NCBI RefSeq assembly: GCF_006345805.1
Contig: NC_043000.1
Coordinates: 23,684,001-23,748,000, forward strand
DNA: 64,000 nucleotides
Reading direction: 5' to 3'
Origin: Octopus sinensis
Lineage: Eukaryota
Below the pieces are notes generated by a model. It worked only from the letters and a program-made list of their open reading frames with translations. It was not told where the DNA came from and ran no database searches. Positions 23,004-36,399 of the stretch are shown here, in pieces. Position 1 is the first letter of the stretch; each line of letters opens with the position of its first letter. The translations under genes and the position numbers were made by a program.

Positions 23004-23635
23004 TTAACCGTTTACCATTCAGTTTATTCTGTCAAATGTAAAGCTTATTTGTTAACATTGTCTTTCTTAAATATAAGCAATATGAGAGTTCACTAAGTGG
23101 ATCCCTTGTATGCTAAAAATAGATGGCAAACTGTCTTGCCACAAAATCTGTGTTCTCAAATTAGCAAGACACTAGATGTTTACGAGCTAGACAAATGAAT
23201 AAAAAAAATAAACATAGTGCTATATTTCTTTCTTTTTCTTTTCAATTGTTCAAGACGGTTTGACATCTATTTTTAGCATACAAGGGATCTACATAGGGAT
23301 CTCTCATATTGTTTATATTTAAAAAGAATTCACAGTCTTCAGACGTTTTTTAAGCATGCTGACGACCACTGGTGGAAATTGATATTATTTAATAATATTA
23401 TTTAATAATATTAATTTCTACTCTTTATTAATCATGTATTATTTTTTAGCTTTGAGATTTTGATGATGTGATTGTTTATTTTTAAAATGACATTGTAGGG
23501 TCCGTGTGAGAAGCCAGATCTGGCCAGTTTGAACATGAAATAGGTTGAATGATTGGGTAGGATATGGCCAGTTTGAACATGAAATAGGTTGAATGATTGG
23601 GTAGGGTATGGCCAGTTTAAATACTAGAGGGTTAA
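23004..23635. mobile_element. piggyBac-like MITE with a nested second MITE and a 44-bp internal tandem duplication
   Basis: TTAACC...GAGGGTTAA ends. Homologous to 12475-13072. Confidence 0.7.
23067..23322. mobile_element. TTAA-flanked MITE with about 70-bp imperfect TIRs
   Basis: TTAAATATAAGCAATATGAGAG...GATCCCTTGTATGCTAAAAATAGATG has its reverse complement at 23251-23322. Confidence 0.7.
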
Positions 23636-24879
23636 AGATACAAAGGAAACATTTTGTTTCCCATTTTTTATGACTTTGTCAACAAAGGAAGGCAACACCC
23701 ATGGACCTTTAAGGGCTTCTGGGATTAGAAAAAGGTTAGAAGTTATCCTCAGACTGAATCTTGCAGGCATGAAGTAGATTCGATCCTAGATAGTCAAGTT
23801 TAAATTAACACTTCAACAGAATTTTTCTCACAGTAAAACAATAGTTTTTCTTTGACAGCACTTTACATTTTCCAGATACTAAGCAAAATAATGTCTTCAC
23901 CACTTGACCTTTCTAACCTCTTCTACTTCACCAAAAGCTAGAATTAAGATATCACAGACCACCAACTAAATTTATTGTTCTCAATGATATGTCTATCCTA
24001 CTGGATAGTTATAAAAACAAGAACCCCCAAGCAAAAATCAGTTAGTCACTTGGTGACAACTCAGTTAGTCAGTGAGTGACAACTCGAGTCAGGTCACAAG
24101 CAGGCAGCTACTAAAGATAAATGGTCGGAGGGAGAAATGAAGTTTACAATCAGCAACTATGAAACAACTTTCCACACCCTCTCACTCTCACTAGCTCACT
24201 TGATTTCCTCTTACAACATCACGTTATCTCTTTCTGTGGATTACTACTAAGAGAACATGTACACAAATATATACAAGCAAAATCTACAGCTATCTTTACT
24301 TCGCATGCTTTATGATTTCATCACCTGCCCATCAAGGCAAGGTATTGTATAATGTAACAGTAAAATAAATATTTTCTTCACAACTTCAATCACTTTTTTT
24401 TCATCTTTACATAATGGTAATCAACAAAGAATCAATCCTTACAAACTGGTTACGACTCCAACATCCCATATTATTGTTTACAAGTTAATTTCAACCATAC
24501 AAATTCATAAACTTCTACCATTACAAATTGGTGACTCAACTGTTATACAATAAACTTTAACCGTTACAAAAATTAATCTTTATTGATAGAGACCTTTAAG
24601 GGCTTCTGGGATTAGAAAAAGGTTAGAAGTTATCCTCAGATCAGAGACCAGGTGGGAATGCTTGTAACAGTCCAAAGCCCTCCAAAAGCACCAATGCATC
24701 ATTTGGTGGTGTTAAACAGATTAAGTGTTCCACTCATGAATAGGAACAGACTCTCCAACAAAATTCCACAGTATGCATTAATCAACAGACAGCCTGTCAC
24801 CGACACACTCACAATCTTCATCTGGCAGTCAATGACACAGCTGGCCTGTCATTTACATGCACACATAGAACCAGTGAGC

Positions 24880-24916
24880 CTATCACTGACACACACACAC
24901 ACAATCAACAGCTGAC

Positions 24917-24949
<33 letters not shown>

Positions 24950-25230
24950 ACAGTCAACAGGTGACCTCTCTCCCCCCTCTCTCTCTCACACACACACAGT
25001 CAAGAAGTGACCTCCCCCCTCTCTCTCTCACACACACACACATGCAAACACAGTCAACAGGTGACCTTCATTTATACCCACACAATCAACAGCTGACCTC
25101 TCTCTCTCTCTCACACACACAGTCAAGAAGTGACCTCCCCCTCTCTCTCTCTCACACACACACACATGCAAACACAGTCAACAGGTGACCTTCAATTATA
25201 CACACCCAATCAACAGCTGGCCTGTCCCTG
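24880..25230. repeat. Composite (CT)n/(CA)n minisatellite with spacers
   Basis: Repeating cacagtcaacaggtgacc / cacagtcaagaagtgacc / cacaatcaacagctgacc blocks. Confidence 0.8.
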
Positions 25231-25739
25231 ACACACACACATACAATTATCGGGCCCCCTCTCTCTCACCTTCTCTCTTTCACCCTCTCTCTCTCCCCCA
25301 CACACACACGCATGTGCATGCACACACATGTACACACACACACTTGTGGAGCGAATCAGCTCAAGATGTGATTCTATTTCAAGTAATACAGATCATACAA
25401 CATGGATTTGCGATTGTTTTAACATTAGTTGCTGGTGCCTCAGTTTGCAGAGTCAATATAATGAACACATGGAGAGAGGTCTTTTACAAGACTTTAAAAA
25501 ACTGAAGGACCACTGCAACAAGTGTATGAATCTGAGAGGGGAATATGTTGAGTAAAATCATTATTAACTGATCTGCCTATATTTTCTTTAAAACAAAACC
25601 AGGAACTTCTCAGCACCCCCTCATATATATAGCCAATGAAAGCATAGAGTCAAGTAAAATAATATAGCGATGAGTAAATGTGGTTGATCAGTCTGCTAAA
25701 AATAGCAGCCAAATCTTCTTCAAATATCCTACTGCCATC

Positions 25740-26420
25740 ATCATCATTACCACGTCTTCTCAAGCACTGCAAACCTTAAGAAGTCTTGGTTTTCTGTCAT
25801 CCTCTCTGTGAGGCCCAAAATCCAAAGATCCTTTCTCACTACGTCATTGTATGTCTTCTTGGGTCTACTCTTTCCACATGAACCATAGTTTGTTCCTTCT
25901 CGAGTCATGCCTGGACCATAAGGGCCAGTTTCTGGTTTCTTGGCGTATAGGTTCCCCACCTGGATGGGATGCTGGTCCGTTGCAGGTGAGCTGCAAGATG
26001 CAGGAGGAAAGAGTGAGAGAAAGTTGTGGTGAAAGAGTCAGCAGAAGTTCACCATTACCTTCTGCTGGAGCTGCGTGGAGCTTAGGTGTTTCGCTCATAA
26101 ACGCACACATTGCCCAGTCTGAGATTTGAACCCGCGATCCCTCGACCGCGAATCCACTGCTCTAACCACTAGGCCATGTGCCTCCACCCACATGTCCCCT
26201 CCACAATTAGAACTTGGCACTTTTTGATGCAACTGTCTTCATTCATATACATTATATGACTGTACCTGCACAGTCTTCTCTCTTGCACTCTACATCTGAT
26301 GATGCATATACCCAGTTTTTTTCTCAACTCCCCTACACTCTGTTATATATGCACACTGGCATTACCCATCCAGTAGAACATACTGACTTCATTTCTTACA
26401 AGCCTTTGCATGTCCTTAAC
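25740..26420 (-). mobile_element. RTE LINE 3' coding fragment interrupted by a family D SINE
   Basis: ...GSCGKSRPKKTYNDVVRKDLWILGLTERMT...FAVLEKTW. The part at 26190-26420 aligns with the RTE at 18330-18530. Confidence 0.75.
25885..26188 (-). mobile_element. SINE family D (tRNA-like head, V-domain-like core)
   Basis: Head gtggaggcacatggcctagtggttagagcag...gggttcaaatctcag. Homologous to 40657-40955. Confidence 0.8.
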
Positions 26421-26719
26421 AGTAACAGCTCATATTTCACTGCTATATAGCATAGCTATTTGTACTAAATTTTATTTTCCATACTGTTTAATAAATGAGT
26501 TGGTCAGGAGCGGAATATCAATACCTATGCTTTCTGACTACTCACCTGCCCGTTGACAAGTGAGAATTTTACAGCAAGTGTCCATCTGCAGGTCAATCTC
26601 AATAGGAAAAAGGTAGACGAAAAGAAAATCAAAATCTAGTTTAATTCCTTGGAAGTAGTATGATGGTTGATGTTATTCAAGCTTTTCAGCAATTCTTTAT
26701 GGTGAATTTGAACCAGTCA

Positions 26720-26980
26720 CAACAAGCGATATTTCTTGGAGATATTTATGTAAGTACATCAACACTTCCACTTAGAATTGGTTACCATTCCCCAAACTAT
26801 CACCAAAACACACAGCATTTTGACAGTTTCAGAGCAGCAGCATTTAAGAAAGTAGTTACTTGTGTTTCTATCACTGGGGATTACAATAACCTAATGATTG
26901 ATTGGGAAACCTTTCACTGGCCACAAAGTGTAAACGATTTCCAAGATTTAGTGCTGGATTCAAATGGGCCCCAAGTAACT
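26720..26980 (+). mobile_element. CR1-type APE endonuclease fragment (decayed)
   Basis: RIGYHSPN...ITGDYNNLMIDWET...FQDLVLDS resembles CR1 EN motifs (YRSP, GDFNYP.IDW). Confidence 0.65.
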
Positions 26981-27002
26981 ACCTCCCTTGCAAAAGTGGA
27001 GA

Positions 27003-27335
27003 CACGTGACTTAGTGGTTAGGACACTCAGTTCACAACCATAAGGTCATGAGTTTGATACCTGGCAGTGCATTATGTCCTTGAGCAAGATGCTTTACTTC
27101 ACATTGTTTCAGTCAACTCAGCTGGCAAAAATGAGTAGAATCTGTATTTCAAAGAACCAGCCTTGTAATATTTGGTGAGTCACAGTGAGTCTTCCTGAGA
27201 ACTACATTAAGGGCAAAGATGTCTGTGGAGTGCTCAGCCACTTGCCCCTTAATTTCACAAGCAGGTTATTCTGTTGGTTGGATCAACTGGAACCCTTGTC
27301 CTCATAACTTACAGAGTGCCAGTTCCCCCTACAAA
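27003..27335 (+). mobile_element. SINE with tRNA head and CORE-like domain (family E variant)
   Basis: gtgacttagtggttagg...gagtttgatacc...ccttgagcaagatgctttacttcac...ctcagctggcaaaaatgag. Confidence 0.65.
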
Positions 27336-27502
27336 AGGTAACATTTTGGAGTTGCTTTTTACCACAGTTACTGAAACTGATATTTAGATAAAGAAAATTA
27401 AATATGAAGGAGTATAGATACTGCAAAGAAAGTGCCTCCATATCTAGAATAGGGAATTTATGAATTTGTAATCACTTAAAATTAATATATTGCAGTTGGG
27501 AT

Positions 27503-27718
27503 TACTCTTTTACTTGTTTCAGTCATTTGACTGCGGCCATGCTGGAGCACCGCTTTTTGTCAAGCAAATCGACCCCAAGTCTTATTCTTTGGAAGCCCCC
27601 TACTTATTCTATCAGTTTCTTTTACCGAACTGCTAAGTTACAGGGACGTAAACACACCAGCATCGGTTGTCAAGTGATGTTGGGGGACAAACAAAGACAC
27701 ACAAACATATACACACAC

Positions 27719-27785
<67 letters not shown>

Positions 27786-27945
27786 TATATACGATGGGCT
27801 TCTTTCAGTTTCCATCAACCAAATCCACTCACAAGGCTTTGGTCGGCTTGAGGCTATAGTAGAAGACACTTGCCCAAGGTGCCACGCAGTGGGAATGAAC
27901 CTGGAACCATGTGGTTGGTAAACAAGCTACTTACCACACAGCCAC
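27503..27945 (-). mobile_element. SINE family B with expanded internal (TA)n
   Basis: Full reverse match; (TA)n at 27722-27775. Confidence 0.85.
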
Positions 27946-29079
27946 AGCTTATTTTATGTAATACTCAAATCTCAGTGATTTGTACAAAACATTACCTAAT
28001 TTCTCTACCATTTTTACCCAGGGTTTGTAGATTACGTTTACAAATCTTTTATTCAAAATATGAACAGAAATATATTTTACAAAAGAAAAATACAAAAAAA
28101 TGGGGGAAAACAACAACAATGCAGCACTAAGTACTCTACCGTTTTTGTTTTTAAAAATACTAAAAAAAATTAATTTAAAGATTTGAATCAAAAGCTGGTT
28201 TGTTCTGACCTGTTCAGTTTAAATTCAATAAAATAGTGATTGCAGTATTTCTATATAACATATAGAACATGTTTCAAAAAGATATTTCTTGCATTAATTT
28301 TTAACTGAAAAGAAAGATTATTTAACTAAAAGAAAGATTATAATTCTTTAAAAAAAATAAACATGTTTTTATGCAGTAATGTAAAGTAGGAATAAATGAA
28401 ATAACCAAAATGAAATAGTTAAAATGTAACGAAAAGTAAGGAAAGATCGAGATTTTATAGTTATTGTGTAAGAAAATATTTCATTTACTAATCTCTGGAG
28501 GCCTGAAAGATATTGAACACATGGGAGATAACTCTTAACTGAAATTAGGAGAAATGTTTTAAGCTGTCAGTAAAATACGTCAATGGGACATTAAAATAAT
28601 CTATCATTAGGAAACGAAGAGTCTTCGTTAAATGTTTAAATATTCTATAACTCCACACATACACATACGTATTCACACTCACACAAAGAGTATAACTGTA
28701 AGTTCATGTATTCACGAGCTGGCAAGGGAGCCGCTAATAATATATTTATTAACTTGATTGCTGGACCTGCTTGAAATAGCAGTTAAACCACCTTCGAATC
28801 ACACTGCTTTAAGAAAAAGTCAGAAACATTGGCTAACATAATCTCAGGTACTCTATTCTAGAAAAATATAGAGACGATATTGATAACTTTTGATCATAGA
28901 TCTGCTCCGGCATAGCTCGGCCAGGTAGCAGAATCGTTGGAGCGTCGGGCAGAATTCTGCTTAAAGCACATCATAAAACCCCTCAAATTTTTATTTTAGT
29001 TTTTGGAGTGACAAACAAATGAGAACGGTACGAGGTGGTCATGAGATGTGCTAAAAATAACAGCTAAACATCCTTTAAA

Positions 29080-29365
29080 GGGTAAAGACCACTTTCGGTC
29101 GTAAATGACCATTGGACTACCCTCCGAGGCACAAGTCTGGGCAAGGTTGTTTATGGAAGACCAGCAGTCGCCCATGCATACCAGCCTCTTCTCTCCGCGT
29201 CACCGATGTTATTCAAGGGAAAGACAAAGGGGCCGATACAGCTTCGCACCAGTGAATGAACAGGAGCAATGTGAAATAAAGTGTCTTGCTCAAGAACATA
29301 ACACACAACTCAGTCCAAGAACCGAACTCACTATCTCATGATTGTGAGTCCGAACCCCTTAAATC
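29080..29365 (-). mobile_element. SINE family E
   Basis: Reverse homolog of 1416-1745. Confidence 0.75.
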
Positions 29366-29524
29366 ACACACAAATGTTTTTGGTGGGGTTAGGTTGCATA
29401 GTCGTATGAATTCCTGAGTGTAGAACACAAATTCGCAAAAGTTTACTGAAAAATTCCAAAAACTAAGAAGTTATGAGGGGTTATATGGCATTCTTAATTC
29501 CGCCGAGTGTCAGACAAAATGCCT

Positions 29525-29750
29525 AGTGGTAGAAACGTTAGCACGCCGGGCGAAATGCTTAGTGGTATTTCGTCTGCCGTTACGTTCTGAGTTCAAATTC
29601 CGCCGAGGTCGACTTTGCTTTTCATCCTTTCGGGGTCGATAAATTAAGTACCAGTTACGCACTGGGGTCGATATAATCGACTTAACCCGTTTGTCTGTCC
29701 TTGTTTGTCCGCTCTGTGTTTAGCCCCTTGTGGGTAGTAAAGAAATAGGT
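29525..29750 (+). mobile_element. SINE family A (young, CpG-intact; tail type 1)
   Basis: Near-identical to the copies at 44040 and 49682. Confidence 0.88.
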
Positions 29751-29935
29751 ATTTCTTCCGACTTATTACGTTTTGAGTTCAAATTTTGCCGTGGTCAACT
29801 TTGTAATTCATCCTTATGGGATTGATAAAAATAAAGCATCAGTTAAGTACTGGGTTGATGTAATCGAATAACCTCCTCCGCTAAAATTGCTGGCCTTGTA
29901 TCAACATTTGAAGCGATTATTATGGAAATGCAAGA

Positions 29936-30085
29936 AGATCTTGTGAAATTCCTTCCAACCATTTGAAGTATTTTAAATTTTCACCAATTTTTTCCCCTAA
30001 TTTTCTATACTAATGTAACTTTATTATTAATTTCAGCATGCAAAATTGCATTTTTTGAAAATGGTTGGAAGAAATTTAACAAAAT
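29936..30085. mobile_element. Decayed MITE, same family as 47009-47218
   Basis: IR tcttgtgaaattccttccaaccattt / aaatggttggaagaaatttaacaaaa. Confidence 0.55.
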
Positions 30086-30349
30086 TGCAGAACTGTCAAA
30101 CCGTCGAACAATATGCTTTGCGGTAGTTATTGTTTCTTTACATTCTGATTTCAAATCCCACCGATTTTAATTTAACCTTTCATTCCTCCGAGGTCGGTAA
30201 AATAAAGTACTAGTCTTGTACTAGAGGTCAAAGGCATCAACATCCCTTCCTTAAAATTGCTGTTCTTGTGCCCAGAAACCATTATTATTAATAGCATCAG
30301 ACCCCTCCACTCCTCCTAAAATCTCTGGCCTCGTGCTAAAAAAAGAATT

Positions 30350-30580
30350 ATAAGGCGGTGATCTGGCAGAATCGTTAGTAGGCTGGGCAAAATTTTTAGC
30401 AGAAATTCTTCCGGCTTTACGTCCTGAGTTCAAATTCTGTCGAAGTCGGCTTTGTCTTTCATCTTTTCGAGGTCGATAAAATAAGTATCGGTTGAGGAGT
30501 GAGTGAGGTGGATGTAATCAACTTGGCCATTCCCTCTTAAAATTGCTGGTTTTTAGCCAAAATTAGAAACTATTATTATT
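30350..30580 (+). mobile_element. SINE family A (tail type 3)
   Basis: aaggcggtgatctggcagaatcgttag...tail cctcttaaaattgctgg...aaattagaaactattattatt. More decayed neighbours at 29765-29915 and 30100-30300. Confidence 0.7.
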
Positions 30581-30800
30581 AATAGCATTATCACATCACC
30601 GAAAATAATGTCTTCAGATTTTTTGAGTTAACATTTTTGATAAATAGATCCATTTCATTCTCCTCGGAGCTTCTAACAACAAAAGCTGAAACTTTTAGGG
30701 GTAAAAAGGGTGTTTTTCGTTTTCTTTGTTTTTTTCTTCTTCTCTCTGTTAGAATACAAAGATATTCTAAGTGTTGTATGTCGTTTCATCTAACCGACTG

Positions 30801-31230
30801 CCGTATTTGATGGCGTAAAAAATGCACGGGTATATTAGCGCATGTTCAAGAAAAACGTTTTTAGCACAGTAAAGCATGTACTTTTTAAAGCACTCTAGCA
30901 GTGCATTACAACATTACAAAAGTACCTTAGTTATAGCGGAAAACATTACTGTATATAAAAAGTAAGTTAGTAGTACAGCTGAACATAAAACAAGTCGCAA
31001 TAATGAAACGTGCAAGAAAAAACCCCAAATAGAATACATTTTATAAAAAGCAAGCTTCCTCTACAATTGAACGTGAACCAAAACACAGGGGACTATCTAG
31101 ATTAAAACTAACACATAGCAGTGTGAATCCGGGACAAACTTAGCTTATGGGAGGCCAATTTCGTATAAAAGACCCGGGTGGTTATTTGAGGTATTGGGAT
31201 GGGGGGCGTCATATATGCCATCAAATACGG
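30801..31230. mobile_element. Non-autonomous pogo/Tc1-like DNA transposon
   Basis: TIRs CCGTATTTGATGGC / GCCATCAAATACGG. TA on the right flank, TG on the left. Confidence 0.65.
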
Positions 31231-32049
31231 TAAATATATATTACTGCTTAATAAGCTAGCTTTTAATACCCCATTTTAAAGATTTTATTTGTTAAAGTGA
31301 GACAGTAGATGAGAGGGGACAGTGCCTATGCAATTTGCAGCCTTCTCTCAGCCTCATCCTGGGGTTGGTGAAATTGAGGTTTTGCTCAGATAAAATATCT
31401 CTTGGAACAAATATGGGTCAATGATAAAGGTTCTATGTGGGCATGTTACCTGCAAGAAACAACGTCTAACCCCATCTCTCTTTCACTGTCTGTCTGTCTG
31501 TCTGTCTGTCTTACTTTTTAAAAAGAGGGAGAACATATTGAACAATATAGTCTTAGATAAACTGTCTGAAAAGACGGGATGGTCATGAAAAGAATATCTT
31601 TGGTCATAGTTCTGCTCCATCCGAGTTGATCTGAAACGAAGCAACGTCTGTGCGACGAGGAAGATATTTCCAGTAGGTTATTATTGAAGGAACGGAAGGA
31701 TGATATGTTTAGCGCGAAATGTGAGATAAAAGAATGAAGAGAGAGGAAGAGAAACGAATACCTGGGTAGAGAGAAACAGAGGTCGCTGAGCAGTGAAAAG
31801 AAAGAAAGAAAGAAAGAAAGAAAGAGAAACATCTCAGTAAGCCAGTGGTTACAGCCTGTTTGGTGTGCGTGTAACTTCGATAAGAAAGACGTTGGCAAAA
31901 ATCCATCTTGCCAGTGAATCGAATAGAATTCTTTTTTGATTCAGTCTGCCGTGTTTGTATGTGTGTGTGTAACAGTAGCAACTTCATATACATGAGCAAT
32001 ACTCCAATATGGGTTTTATTGGTGTTCTGTAGAGTTACAAATTGACCAG

Positions 32050-32780
32050 TACTCAGTTATTTCACGACCGAAGACAATGTTATACATGCAAAGTCAGAGA
32101 TTGTCGAGCTTTGCATATGTAACGATTTTGATGGTTTTAATTGTGAGTTGTTAATAACAAGAGAGGTTGAAGTACAAGGTTATTTCCTTGGTCATAACTT
32201 TGAGCTGAAGAAAGAGACTGGGTTGTCATGTTCTCAATGAAGGACGCTCTCAAGGTCTCTGTTCATGAATCAGTGGATGTCTGACGCGACGTGTTTAAAT
32301 TATGTAGAGATGGAGTCTATGCAGGAGATTAAAGAGATAACGATGGTATCGTCTGCATAGGAATGCTTTGTTAGAGATGACGGCAAATAGGTTGTTAACG
32401 TACAAGAAAAAGAAAGAGGGGATAAACTTAACCGAATTAACACCAAAGTAGTTCATGTCAACGCTGTGCTGGTGTAATAATGAAAGGAAGTTCTCGACTC
32501 CAGAGATGAGAGACAACTGAAGACCACAAGCGCACAACTTAACATGAAGTGTCCCATGCTAGCAGCATTCAAAGGTTTTTGCAAATGTCAAATGCAATGA
32601 CATTGTTTTTGCTGAATATTTCGAGAGCGATGGGCCAATGGTGAGTAATATACGAATCTCTGGTGGGTATGGATTTATGCAGGTCATTATGGTGGTCACT
32701 GAAGTGAAAGAGAGCCTCATTGTGATGAAGAAAGCGATTGCTTTCAACACCTTTACAATGCTACAAGTGAACCTAGATTA
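32050..32780 (-). mobile_element. Decayed LINE reverse transcriptase (CR1/Jockey/I group)
   Basis: Minus-strand motifs AFDICKTFEC..HGTLHVKLCACGL (cf. DISKAFDRVWH..LL.KL), FFLYVNNL, and SYADDTIV (YADD at 32348-32359), with frameshifts. Confidence 0.75.
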
Positions 32781-32886
32781 CGAGGTTCGCAGGGTGAGGG
32801 GTTGACATTTTGGGGGAAATAACACACTGTAGCTTGTTTCCAAAGATTGTAACAGAATCTTATAAAATGAGAAGGTGAGAGAGAAG

Positions 32887-34004
<1,118 letters not shown>

Positions 34005-34352
34005 TATATATATATTTGAATTATAACGTCGGATGCAATCAATTGAACCACACGTGTATTTATCGTTATGGTAAAATCTGGCGTGTGATTGAGTGGATTT
34101 CATCCAGATAGTTTTGGCTGAGGAGCTACAAGTGAGTTATTGTGAGTAAAATTACATTTAATTCATTAATAGCGAAACAATTGTCCCAAAATAATCTGTA
34201 TTTTTGTTATTTTTTATTTGCCCTGTTCGTGTGAGCTAACAATCGTACTAACTTTCATGGGAAACATGTATTTTTGTGGTTGAAACCTATTGGATCTATT
34301 ACTAGTGCTAGAGTGAGCCACATAGTGACCACTCTCTTATATTTATTATTAT

Positions 34353-34425
<73 letters not shown>

Positions 34426-34429
<4 letters not shown>

Positions 34430-34729
34430 GCAGCGTGGAAGGTGTTTATAAGCGATTTAAGAAACACACAAAAACCGTTAGTTTCACTTCAACATTTAAA
34501 TTTAATGTCAAAATATTTTCGTCGCTTTGAGACCGCGACCTGTTCACTGACAAAACTTCGTACTGCAGCACTGACAAAACTTCGAGATGCAGCACGAAGC
34601 TTTGTTAGTGAACAGGTCGCGGTCTCAAAGCAACGAAAATATTTCAACAAATTAAATTTAAATGTTGAAGTGAAACTAACAGATTTTGTGTTTCATAAAT
34701 CGCTTATAAACACCTTCCACGCTGCAATT
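34426..34729. mobile_element. 304-bp near-perfect palindromic MITE
   Basis: AATTGCAGCGTGGAAGGTGTTTATAAGCGATTTA... is inverted over about 130 bp. Confidence 0.8.
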
Positions 34730-34800
34730 GTTTTCGTTCCAGCACACAATCTCAGATCAAGTCATTCGCTATGCAAGTACATCTCCGTAATAATAATAAT

Positions 34801-34876
<76 letters not shown>

Positions 34877-34877
34877 C

Positions 34878-35196
34878 CCAGAACCAGCTAATAGCTTAGG
34901 CGTAAAATTTAGGATTTCTTGGTTTTCTTGTGAATCGATTTTGATAAAACTTTTCCCAGCTGGTTTGCACACTATCGCAACACCATTATTATGTTTTCAT
35001 AATAAAAAATGCACGTTCCCACGGTTTTATCGATCGCATTCTCACCTGGAATCGATTTTTATTATTTTTTCAAGGCTTATACACGCCCTGATACCGTCGG
35101 TAACTATACATCAAATTTGAGCGCAATTGGATGGAGGATACCCGAGATCCTAGAAGACACACAGACAGACAGACAGAACGGATTTTATATAATAGA
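34878..35196 (-). mobile_element. Helitron-like element, family H, 5' part
   Basis: A|TCTATTATATAAAATCCGTTCTGTCTGTCTGTCTG start, typical of Helitrons with a subterminal (CTGT)n. Homolog at 57960-58198. No 3' CTAG end found. Confidence 0.65.
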
Positions 35197-35200
35197 TATG

Positions 35201-35236
<36 letters not shown>

Positions 35237-35577
35237 AGAGACGGTAGAGAAGAAGAAAGAGAGATTCCTGAAACGGGCGGCGCAAGTCATTTCGTTTCAC
35301 ACTGTTCGAGCCTACTGAGTTGAAATAATGGGTGCCAGACAAATGCTGGTGCTGTCTTGTCTCCCTTCAGTTGTCACATCTTGGCTGTACTACTAGGAAA
35401 AGGCCAAAGGGATGAAGAGTGTCTATGGCTGCTCGCGACTACATAGACACCGAGGACAACGAAAGCATGGTACATGCTGCCAAGACATTCTCGCTTGTGA
35501 GTGACGGCTGTAGTTTGATTGCATACATGGTCAGTGTGGTTGAAAAAGAATTTAGAAAGAGGAAAAGGAGGAGGAAC

Positions 35578-35997
35578 GGATCTTTTCGGTTTGAACGGCA
35601 GTTTTTTCTAGTGGTGTCATATGAAATTGTCACCCATAATTATGACCCTAGTATCGATCTATTGCATTTCAATCTGTTTTAGGGTTAGGGTTAGGGTTAG
35701 AGGTGGGAGGAAGGGTATCTTTTTTCTTCAGAAATGTAAATAAACCCAATCTGTTTCTTAAACGAGGGACATATTCATACGGCACAGAATGTTTTCACCT
35801 CAATAGACGTATATGATTGGTTGAAATTGCAGAAATTGAAGAAAAAACAACTAATATCTTACAAACTATAGAATTTTCTCAATAAAGCCAAGAGAAAAAG
35901 ATGTTTTATAAACACATTCTACCAGTATACGAAGTTTAAAAGTGTTTAGTTACGTGAAAATTATTTTTAAAAACTGCCGTTCAAACCGAAAAGATCC
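35578..35997. mobile_element. 420-bp Merlin-like MITE carrying (TTAGGG)3
   Basis: Perfect 29-bp TIR GGATCTTTTCGGTTTGAACGGCAGTTTTT. Perfect 8-bp TSD GGAGGAAC at 35570-35577 and 35998-36005. TTAGGG x3 at 35679-35696. Confidence 0.88.
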
Positions 35998-36399
35998 GGA
36001 GGAACAGAGGTTCATACAGTAATGCTGTTGTTTAACTCCAGGCCAGACATGATCAAACAGACTTATTGTCAAAGACATTCCAGCTGTAACCAACATGTCT
36101 TTTTGTAAATCAGGGACTATATTGCCTAACACGTTCGTTTTACAAGATAGTATCGTGTGATTTAATAGAATTTTTATGCTATTTCTAGCAGGCCGAATGA
36201 CCGTGTAGAGACTTCCTCACTGCGAAATGGGAGACAGAGTGAGCAATAAATACAAAGTTTTTTTTTTTCGTCTAAATGTGTTTTATAAGAAAAAGTAGTT
36301 CGAGAAATGATGTGAAAATATTTTTTTGGCAAGAGACCAGATGCTGCAATTTAAGAGGCGAAAGAGCTTGCAAGCTGCACAATACACAAGCACGTTATA

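Noticed and set aside
35679-35696. Telomere or chromosome-fusion scar
   Set aside because: Only three TTAGGG units, lying inside a TSD-flanked MITE.
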